Shown piece by piece: positions 36,142-46,100 of a DNA stretch of 64,000 nt. The position numbers were made by a program, and so were the translations under genes. Source of the DNA: Chrysemys picta bellii (taxonomy: Eukaryota); the NCBI RefSeq assembly GCF_011386835.1, contig NC_088791.1:15376001-15440000 (forward strand). Reading direction: 5' to 3'. Within the stretch, counting starts at the first letter, position 1, and every line of letters begins with the position of its first letter. The notes under the pieces were generated by a model that had not been told where the DNA came from, searched no databases, and worked only from the letters and a program-made list of their open reading frames with translations.

Positions 36142-37592
36142 TCACAGAAGCACTGATTCATGCATAGACATCCCATCATTTTGGTTTCTGTAGTGCTGGG
36201 CAGGGGCTGGTGGGCCTGAATATTGATATTGTGCTGAACCATGTTCTTCCAAGGTTGGTGAAGTCCTATATCTTATTGGACTATCCACAGAAACAGTTGG
36301 AAGATTATGGTCCTGAAAAGGTGTTGGCTGACTGGCTGCATACTTCTGTAAATTACCCAAGTGGCTTTGGTTAGCATCTTGGTTCCAGGGCTGCCTGTAT
36401 ATCTCATGTCTGTACATATAAGCAGCATCCGGCCTCTTTCTGTTGTCTGGCAAATAATCCACTGGAGGAATTATAAATTTGACACCTGAGGGTGATCTAG
36501 AGTTGCCAGGATAGGCATCAACAGGTAAGACTTCTATTCGACTAGAAGGTGGAGAAATAGGATTTTGGCGATTGGCAGGATAAGAGTTCATATGTGGTTT
36601 ATCTGGAGAAAAATCTGTTGAAAAAACAGAACCATATGGTCTACCAGAAGTGTTGGTTCGATTCCCATGATTATACTGTGACGGTACAAAACTTGCACTA
36701 ATTGCGCTGGAGGCAGGCTTTGGAGTGTTTCCATGGTACGTAGGTGGGTTACTATAAGATGGTGGTGGCTGTTTAACATTTGATCTGTGATCTGACCCAT
36801 CAGACTGAGATGAATATCTTGGGCTTCTCTGTTGGGAACTGATGGCATAATTGTTGGATATTTTTAGTGGGCCAGGAATTTTTGCACCTTGCTTTCTAGG
36901 ACTACTAGAGTATGTTACATTCCTGGGACTTTGTGGATGAGCTCTTTCTAGCATCTCCTCAACAGGATTCTCATTCTCATGGTCAACACCTGGAATATTG
37001 TCATACTGCGATGCGTTAGACCCTCGCTTACCTCCATCAGCATCCAAACCCCTCATCTTTTGCTTTACATTCAATGGCTGTGGTTCACCAGGACTTGGTG
37101 GTGTCCCTGAAATAGCATGGTTTACTGACCTACCTTTTACCTCCACGGTAAGTTTTGTAGTCTTTTCAATAACTTTGATATCTGAAGGTTTATTCCATTT
37201 AGGTACAAATCCCCTTCTTGTATCTGAAGTAGCATTAGAATTTTGGTTAGCAGCTGCATTGTTATATTGTCTAGAATTGTCTTGTACTGTTGACTGAGGC
37301 TTTTTTCTGATATCTACGTCATTCTTAGATAGCTCACTCCGGACTGCTGGTCCAGGCTTTTGTTGTTTTAAAGAAGGCTTCTTTTCCAGTGAATTAATTC
37401 TTCTTCGGTTATTTGGTGAATCTTCTTGTACTTTTTCAGGAGATAGTCTCCTTTCTGTCCTTCTTGCTGTCTGTGTTCTTGAAATACTAGTGTTGCTCTG
37501 TCCATTGAGCATATGAGTAAGATTAAGCACGGCAGGCTGAGGTTCCAATAGAATTTGTCCCAACGGCTTCTTTGGAAATTCATCTTCTTTAC
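36142..37592 (-). CDS. USP6NL: USP6NL (RN-tre) terminal coding exon; long low-complexity C-terminal tail
   Basis: Acceptor TTTTTTAG|GTAAAGAAGAT (phase 1, GKEDEFPKKPLGQ). Motifs QYNNAAANQNSNATS, FVPKWNKPSD, GKRGSNASQYDN, PPSYSNPPTYHGN, SRIEVLPVD, IIPPVDYLPDNR, PFQDHNLPTVSVDSP.RY and C-terminal ESVLL* match human USP6NL as recalled. TGA at 36142-36144. Confidence 0.97.
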
Positions 37593-37655
37593 CTAAAAAA
37601 TAAGTAATAAAGTAAATTGAAGTTTTTTCATATGGAACTCTGCGTGTGTGTTAAA

Positions 37656-37657
37656 CA

Positions 37658-37708
<51 letters not shown>
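37656..37708. repeat. (CT)n(CA)n compound microsatellite near the terminal-exon acceptor
   Basis: Direct reading. Confidence 0.9.
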
Positions 37709-37709
<1 letters not shown>

Positions 37710-38268
37710 ATAAAAGACAAAAGTCCAGACAGCCAAATTCAACTCTGGATTTAGATCTCAGACCCAAAGTTCAGTTATATTTGGATCTAGGGTTTTTGTT
37801 CTGGTCTATATATAATGTCTAAGGTATGGGTCTGTTTTACCACTGTTATACTGAACATTGTGGAAAGAAGTACAACTGAGAACTGTCATGTCATTTTTAC
37901 ATTACTGCTGTTTGGGAAAGCAACTAGCAGTGGACTACTGGAGTATTCATGGAGGGGACCCTCTTCATCCCCACAAAAACCTCGTGGGCAGGAGTAGATT
38001 AGGAAGTCCCATTCCACCAAAGTAGTTAAGAGGCTCTGGAGGAAGGGGAAAGAGATAGATAGAAAATGAAGACTTCAATTTTATTAGTGACCTTCTACCT
38101 TGAGTCCATAACAGAGGTTGAGGGACAAAACCTTGGTAAGAATCCCAGTCCAATCCTCCTGCTCAGCAGTTGAAGGTGAGCTGCTGAGTTTCTCACAAGC
38201 CCATCATGAGTATGAGCTCATACTTCTTCCTTATTAGGTTTAGACCACTGGCTTGCAGCTGTCTGGCA

Positions 38269-38405
38269 NNNNNNNNNNNNNNNNNNNNNNNNNNNNNNNN
38301 NNNNNNNNNNNNNNNNNNNNNNNNNNNNNNNNNNNNNNNNNNNNNNNNNNNNNNNNNNNNNNNNNNNNNNNNNNNNNNNNNNNNNNNNNNNNNNNNNNNN
38401 NNNNN
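38269..38405. other. Assembly gap (137 N)
   Basis: Run of N; its true length and content are unknown. Confidence 0.99.
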
Positions 38406-39665
38406 GAGTCAAAAATAAATTCAGCATATAAATGCTTGTTTCTTAACTTTGTTAGTATAAGTATGCAATCAGGTGTGCAGTTATGTTAGACAACTATACC
38501 ATGCGAGGTGAAACACAAGGCCAAGAGACTTCTAAACACAAGAAAAATGGGTATCCAGTGTAGCTATACACCCAAAGTATGCAAGAGCTTTTAATTTTTA
38601 AACACAAATTTTTTGTTAAACACTGAACAGTAAGTTCACTAAAACTGACTAATGGTTACATTAGATAGTTACACTTAAATGCTTTGTCAGCCAATCAGCC
38701 TCTTTTCATAATGACCCTATTAAAAATGTACAGTATAGCTAAAAGATTATGCTTACCACCTTCATTTTTTAACTTCAGTTCTTTTTTATGATCATTGTAG
38801 TTTGAAGAGAATTTATTTAAATATCTAGGTACTACTAAGGTCCCCATCACCACAGAATCTGAATGCCAAATAGGAACACTAATATTTCTGTTCTGACAAA
38901 GATGGCAGTAAAAGACAACAGCATTTACTTAAGAGCAGCATATAAGTGGAGAGTTCTCTTTTGGTTATGAGCACAACATATCTTCCATCATTCAATGTTT
39001 AAATGTCAGTCTCTTAAGGGGACACAATATTCCAGATTGCAACCATGTAAAAACTTAATTATAAACAGAGAAATGAGAGCTATACAGACTGTCTGATAAT
39101 GCCCATATGACTATTTATACCAACATTTCTGTTCAAATTACTCTCTCCTTTCAAAGCAGTCAGAGCTATTTTCCCATTCTAAATTAATACTAGTAAATAA
39201 GTTATTTCCACACCTCATAAAATTGTAGCTTCCCTACTTACGTACAGCAATTTCTTTCAGATTATAAATAGAAAAAAGTTAAGTATGTAATTTTTAAATG
39301 CATCCCCCACACAATCTGTTTGAAAATTTGCCTGTAACTTTTAAAAATCAGACAGGATAGCCAAATAAACTCTATCATATATCAGTTTACTAAGTAAAAA
39401 CTGCAAGGCCAGAAAAAAAAGCCCTGGTTTTGCTGAAAAATTATATAGAAAAGCTATGTAAAATTGTTGGTAGAGAAATAATTTAGTGTTTTGATCCTCA
39501 TTGCTGCACTAGAGACACAGGACCATGCAACTTTTCTCTATCACTGGAAAATCTGAAGTTAAAAGTTAACATCTCATCATCACCAGTTATTTGTATGAAC
39601 AATTCATTCTGCATCTCTGTATAGTGCACCTGAACGAACACTCAGACATACTTGTGTCTCTAAAA

Positions 39666-40000
39666 CAGGGATCGTCAACCTTTGGCACGTGGCCTGCCAA
39701 GGTAAGCACCCTGGCGGGCCAGGCCAGTTTGTTTACCTACCGCTTCCACAGGTTTGGCCAATTGCAGCTCCCACTGGCCGCGGTTCGCAGCTCCAGGCCA
39801 ATGGGGGCAGCGGGAAGCGGCAGCCAGCACATCCCTTGGCCCGCGCCGCTTCCCGCAGTCTCCATTGGCCTGGAGCAGCAAACCGCAGCCACTGGGAGCC
39901 GCGATCGGCCAAACCTGTGGACGCGGCAGGTAAACAAACCGGCCTGACCCACCAGGGTGCTTACCCTGGCCGGCCACGTGCCAAAGGTTGCCGATCCCTG
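39666..40000. mobile_element. Near-perfectly palindromic hAT MITE (335 bp)
   Basis: CAGGGATCGTCAACCTTTGGCACGTGGC ... GCCACGTGCCAAAGGTTGCCGATCCCTG. Exact 8-bp TSD CTCTAAAA at 39658-39665 and 40001-40008. Confidence 0.95.
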
Positions 40001-41616
40001 CTCTAAAATATAATGTTTAGAAGTATTAATAGCGTCATGGAAATTGTACAAACAATATGAGTTAAATCTTTGACAGCTGATTCTCATTAAAGGGGGATGG
40101 CAGAAACTGAGATTATCATTGGATAGCACATAGGAACTGCCATCAAGGATCAGGGCCACATCATGCTAGATTCTGCATAGGCAAATAAAAACAGAATTTA
40201 CAGTCTAGGTGTCAGACAGGAGGTGACAGGTCCACAAAACAGAAACGTGATGAGGGTGGGCGAGATGACAAAGTAACAAAATGAGAGTTTAACAGAGAAG
40301 TCTCTGTTTGCTGCTTGCCTAACTAATGCCAGTTTCATAGTTATTGTATGCTGGTGGTCATTCTCATTCTGCTCCAAATGAAGTCTACAGTATTGTGTAA
40401 GGTCAAACTTACCCCCTGCCTGAGGTCTTGCTGCAGTAGTAATTTAAAACAAACGTCAGCCTAAACTTAATCCTTCCAGCCTGACTGTTCTTAAGTTTTC
40501 TCGTGTCTATCACTGGTTTCACTCCAATCAGGTGGTCTCAAAACTTGGCAGAGTTAACAAGCTTCCTGCCACAAAGAGTCAGCAGAATCCACTCAGCTGA
40601 TTTATGCAGGGCACTAACCCCTGCTAGCCTGATAGGTCACAGAAGAGTCCAGCATCCCTATGCAGAGGGGTCGATCGTGCCACTCTGTTACAGTTATATT
40701 TCAAAAGAAGGTAAGTGAACCTTTCAAGCTGACGATTAAGAAAATAAAGTTAAGTTAGAATTGTTTTCCCCACAAATTTCCAAGACACAGAAAAAGACAT
40801 AAAAAAGAGAAACTATGAAGGGGCTAATAGCAAATCCATAAATGTCTTAGAAAACCTCAATCAGCAAGTGCACTCAAATCGCACAGACGACATGATCAGT
40901 AAGAAAGAACTGACTGCTTTTCTGCATGGCTCTGTTTTTTTTTTTTTTTTTTAAACAATCCATATAGAGTACATAGAAACTATGATGACAGGTGCTTTAA
41001 GAATGCTGAGAGATTTCTTCATAACGATGGCTTTCCAAGACAATATACTGAACACTACATCACACAGTTAAAAAAATTGTCCCATATTCTTTTTGTCCCC
41101 TCTGTAGGGGGTGGAATTCACTCCCTACAGAGGCTCTGCAAAACCTTTAAATCATTTATGTCCCACTTACGCCCTCCAACTAGGGTGTATGCAGGACTTA
41201 AGACCTTGTGCTTGTCTTCTGCACAGGGATGAATTTCACCCTTAATAAATATTCCAACACCAGAGCCATATGTCGTTAGTTTTTCCCATCTTATTTGTCT
41301 CAATGAATTTTTTTAAATTAAGTAGTACAGCATTTCAGAAAAATGAAGCAATTCTGTGTAATACTAAATTGTCTATTTTAATGATAAGAATGAAGTCTGA
41401 ATCGGGAAGTAAATACATACAATATGCCCTTCAAAAAAAAAGTTTGTGTAAATTATACAGAAGTGATCTTGGTTTTATATGCTGTTAAGTAGTTTGCAAC
41501 TTTCAGGTGATCCATCAGGTGTTATGGGATGTTGTAAGAAAATGGCCCATCAGTAACTATAATGATGTAATTTTTACACAGATAATTTAATGTGCTTGTA
41601 TGCAATAAACATTATT

Positions 41617-41677
41617 GGGGGTTGGACTAGATGACCTCTTGAGGTCCCTTCCAACTCTGATATTCTATGATATTCTA
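41617..41677 (+). mobile_element. CR1 3' tail fragment
   Basis: GGGTTGGACTAGATGACCTCTTGAGGTCCCTTCCAACTCTGATATTCTATGATATTCTA. Confidence 0.85.
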
Positions 41678-43018
41678 AACCTCTTAAGAAAAAATGGTCC
41701 TCCTTTGTCAATAATGTCTTCCATGCTTGAAATATAAGTATTCAATCTATTTTTAAACAATAAATAGTTGCATTCATATTTAAATATGCATTCCAGTGCT
41801 CTTCCAGTACCTACATCAATGCTTTCTGTATTTGCATATACACATTTAAAAGCATCAACTGTTTTCCCTTCTCTTTCAGTCTTGAAGAAATTCACATAGA
41901 GCAGATTGGAATCCTTTGAAATGTGCTTGGTTGAACAATAAGTTTTTTGTTTTTTTTAATTCGACACACTTAAGGTCTCTTAATTACCATTAAGCTTTCA
42001 TAAAACCCAAGCGAGAATATTGCAGACATTTTTTATTGAATTCTACATTGCTTTGAAGATTATTTTCTGTAATCTTTCTCGCATGGTTCACAGTAACCGA
42101 GTGCATTAGCATTGGTGTGTGTGGTTTATATGATGTATGCAATAACCTGAATTATAGTCATAAAAAGGATGTCAGAACAACCCTACACCGTAATATTAGT
42201 TATGGAACACTATTGTGAAGCTGTTAAACTTTAGACTGAATGTTAAGACCAGAGTAACAGCCAAAATGTTCCAAGCCTACAACTGTTCTTTCGAAAGATA
42301 AAACCGTGGGCATTCTAATAACGTGATACCAGGCTTTTACTTTCTATGACTTGATGACACTGGAGCTTAGAGTCTGCATAGAAACAAAAGATAAGATATA
42401 GGATGAAAAAAGACAGAGCTTTATATCTTCATCATAAAGCCTCCACACAACACAAATTAACTTGGCCTCGCACTCAAACATCGAAAATCTTGTCTGGATC
42501 AGCAGAGTATTGGAGTACAAGAAGCATTTGTACTCCAACCTTTAGATACAGCCACTTTACTAAACTCTGTTAGCTATGCTCCGTTTTCCTAACAGGTAAA
42601 GCAGCAAAACACATACCTGGATCCTAGGCTCAGTCATGCTCAGATTAATATTCACTAAGGTTTGCCCACCTCTTACCATAACACAACCAAGGCTAAAGAC
42701 ATCATCAAAAGTGATGGGGTAGTGGCATAGTCCAATAACAAGAATCTTACAGCATAAAGGCATATTCCAAACCACTGCCACCTCCTACAAAAAGAACACT
42801 GTTTTAAGCTATAAACAGACTATATTTAATTAGGGTGTTGGTCACTCCCAGTAAATCCACAATCATTCTTAGGGGCTACCAACTGCATTAGATGCCAAGA
42901 ATAATTTATTGCCCTTGAAAACAATAAGAGCTCTTAAATTTAACCTAAAATTAAAGAAAATGAAATCCTTTGAGGCACATGAAATAAAAACAGGAAGAAT
43001 AATTTGCACACCCATCAC

Positions 43019-43070
43019 CATGCATATTAATGCAAATATATATGGCTCAAACTCACAAAGAAAGCATGCA
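43019..43070 (-). promoter_or_regulatory. Two UGCAUG (RBFOX) elements downstream of the candidate cassette exon
   Basis: CATGCA on + at 43065-43070 and 43019-43024, i.e. about 44 and 90 nt into the intron after the 43114 donor in transcript orientation. Confidence 0.6.
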
Positions 43071-43113
43071 AATCATGTACATGAATGTTGTGAAAAAGCC
43101 AGAGATAAAATAC

Positions 43114-43164
43114 CAGGAGACACTTGGGGGGTAGTAGCGAACAGGAAGACCACGATGTCGGGTG
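43114..43164 (-). CDS. USP6NL: Candidate alternative 51-nt in-frame exon of USP6NL (APDIVVFLFATTPQVSP)
   Basis: Acceptor TTTTTCTTTTTCCTCTGTTCCTACCAG|, donor CTG|GTATTT. 51 nt, phase 1 to 1, matching the flanking exons; no stop. Inclusion in transcripts not verified. Confidence 0.6.
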
Positions 43165-46100
43165 CTGGTAGGAACAGAGGAAAAAGAAAAACAGGTTCAT
43201 ATCCTCACCTCTAAAAAAAGCAAAATGAGAAAAAAAATAAAAAGAAATACCCAGAGTGAAAGAGCAAGCAAATAACCATAGAAACAGAGAGAGAGGGAGA
43301 GAGCGAGCGCAAGCCCCTCTGTTGAGAAGAAGTATGCAAATAAAACATCTCATGACTTGTCACGGTAACATGCCAAATATTCCTTTGCAAGTTCTGCATC
43401 ATGTTCCACCACACTTCAGCCTAAAGCTTCACCTGCAGCCTCAGCCATGCTTTCACCTTGACCCCTTCAACTGCGATTTTTAAGCTCAATTGTTAAGAGT
43501 CCCCAGAGCTGAACCCCTAAGAATTAGCAACAGGGTGTTCTCAGTGTTGCTGCCTTAACTGGAATTAGTTTCCACCATTGGCCCAAAGATTGAGTTTACT
43601 AACATTCAGGGCACATTCACTTGTTTGACTGCAGGGCACATTTTGATCGAGTTAACAGTTGTTTCTGGGCTGGGAATTGTTATATAGTTTACAGAGGTTA
43701 ACAAATCTTCTCTAAGATGCATTTGCACCAAACGATAATATTAATAGGGCAACTGAAAAAAAAAAAACAGAAAATATGAAGTGGAAACTGTCAGCTGGTG
43801 GCTGTTTTGGCAGCAGCAATTAACAGTATTATTGCCCAAATGTGCTGGTTTTGTTTTCTCAAGCTTTCTGGGCAACTGGATTTTTCTTAGCCTGCCATAA
43901 TTAGATGCATAGTGAGGTGTGAAATTGTATTCTTATTCCTCCTCCCCTTTAACATACCAAGAAACTAAACAAAACGTTTAATTATTGGGCCTTCCTCAAA
44001 AGGAATCGGATAGAAACTCTGCATGAGAAACGACACAGTTGATACTGTGCCATTTTTTGTGTGGAAGCGTGTAATGATTTGGTTATCCTGTGTCTAAAGT
44101 TAGGGGAGTCCATGCAGCAGCAGTACAAAAAACCAGAGAGAGCAGCAAAAAAACGGGGGAAAACAAAGAAGTCAATACAACTAGTCCTAAAATGATCTGA
44201 AATTAGAGTCATATTAAAAGGGTTTTTATTCTACTGACTTACTCTTGATCTAAAAAGTCTCTGTCACCACCCAGTGGAAATCAATCCCAACTACAAGACT
44301 TTACAGATTAATTGCTTCAGCAGGCACTAACAGCTTCTTGCATTGAATAACAGACATATAATTGGACTAAAGTGCTTTAAGTGCTCTCTCCGGTGAATAA
44401 CAGTCTAGTCCTTAATTTCAGCACAAGCATATACACACTTTGTTCTAATACAGTTTTCAAGCATAGTAAAGGGTCAGAAAAATTATTCAGTTAAAATGAC
44501 ATCTTGGTATTTTGTGTTTATTTAGCATCAGTGACTTTCTCCATCTTATTTGCTCCATTTAAGAGTCAAAAAGGACTTTTTAAAATGTTACTGCTTGTAC
44601 TGGACGTTCAAACTGCTATCAGAAAGTCAGACTAGCTTCTTGCTCCTCAAAATGCCATCATCAACAAAAGGGGATTCTGGAGTTATAACTTGGATGGCAA
44701 TTTTGATGATGGAGCATGAGGCAGATGAGAATACACAGTTTGCTTTTCTGTAGCTATATTAGGTTTGCAGTGCTGATGGTTGCAAAAACTCACTTTTTAA
44801 TTATAAACATTTGTATTTAGATTAAAAACAATGCAATTAGTGAAAAATGCTTAACAGACTTCCAGGATAGTTTTGTGTCAAAGCAAGGTGACTTTTTATA
44901 GTCATTTTCTAGTTATAATCACATTACATTTTATATCACTAATTCTTACATTTCTTGAGAAAAATTGCACTGAAAGATTCAGTAAAAAAACTGTGAACCA
45001 CCAGCTGCATCATAATTTCATTTATAGCGATATAAAAATGTGCAAACTAAAGAGGTCAAGCAATAAAAGATTTTTAAACAGTGCAGAACCAATATATAAA
45101 ATTGCTGGAAATAACACCATTCCATGCTCTACTATCCTTTTATAATATCAGAAAATACACATCAGACAAGCACTAGAAAAATTATAGGAAACACATGATA
45201 GAAATGCATTTTGGTTTAGTTGGTTAATAAATAAAATGCAGTACAAAAATTAAAAAATAGCTACGTTTGTTTTCTCCAAACATATAAATGAAAAATCCCA
45301 AATTCCTCTGAAACAAAAAACAATAGAAGATGCATAGCATCAGAAATAGTAAATCAAGCAGAGTTTCATAATTTTGTTGCCTTACTTGTCAGTGTCGTAA
45401 GATGCATTTCACTGTCTAACGTTTACAGCTAACGACATACATCCTTTGGCAGATTATCACTAAATTATTACATACACGGCTGCAGAATTAATAGAAAAAT
45501 ATTAAACTGAAAAACAAAATCTGTGAAAAACATAATATTCAAACTTTCCACTATTTTTTCCGCACACAGAAAAGCGAGACATGTGGGTGCAACTGAGGCA
45601 GCCAAACTTTAAAGCAAGGGTTACTACACACACAGAGTGTAAAATGACTAAGCGGACAAAGGCAGATTCTAAGTTTGGAATTTGACAGAAATAGTGCCTA
45701 TGTAAAAGTGGAGCAGTGCCTATTAGATGACCTCAGGAGAAATTTTCAGCTACTTTAAATTGGTGTAGCTCCATTGAAGGCTTTACAGACATGAAGAAAT
45801 GTGAGATTTGGGTCACAGGATGATTTTTTGGGCCTCTTTTGTACTTTGTGGGTCACAATATGGATGGTAGGTGACTGCAAGAGTGGACTTCAGGATCTTC
45901 GAATTTTGAAATCTGACCTGACTGACTTGTTCAGGAACTTTAGACTCAGAATCCAGTTTCCACCCAACTACCTAAGGTCTACAGAGAAGGTAGAGGCAAG
46001 CCTCTTGGAAGCACATTGATTTTGTTACTGGTTCTATGACTAAGAGAATAGGTGGGAAGTTATTCCCATAATTTAGGAGCATTTCAAAGGATTTTTTTTG

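Noticed and set aside
37561-37563. ORF-track start 'M' of the 473-aa ORF
   Set aside because: It is an internal TTG codon. The exon begins at the splice acceptor at 37592 and continues from upstream exons.
38206-38489. ORFs spanning the N run
   Set aside because: Artefacts of the assembly gap.
39591-40159. Four overlapping 100-140-aa ORFs on both strands
   Set aside because: By-product of a GC-rich palindromic MITE that lacks stop codons.
43027-43414. Hydrophobic 67-aa and 108-aa ORFs that look like small membrane proteins
   Set aside because: They are translations of U-rich polypyrimidine tracts and a CT repeat, so the hydrophobicity is compositional. No promoter or initiation context supports them.
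43421-43470. Possible exon after AAAAATCGCAG| reading VEGVKVKAWLRLQVKL-stop
   Set aside because: The acceptor has an A-rich rather than pyrimidine-rich upstream region, and the candidate donors give 14 or 38 nt; too weak to call.
43977-44093. Protein-like frame TQDNQIITRFHTKNGTVSTVSFLMQSFYPIPFEEGPII after the 44093 acceptor
   Set aside because: It needs a phase-0 donor, but the upstream USP6NL exon ends in phase 1. No family resemblance recognised.
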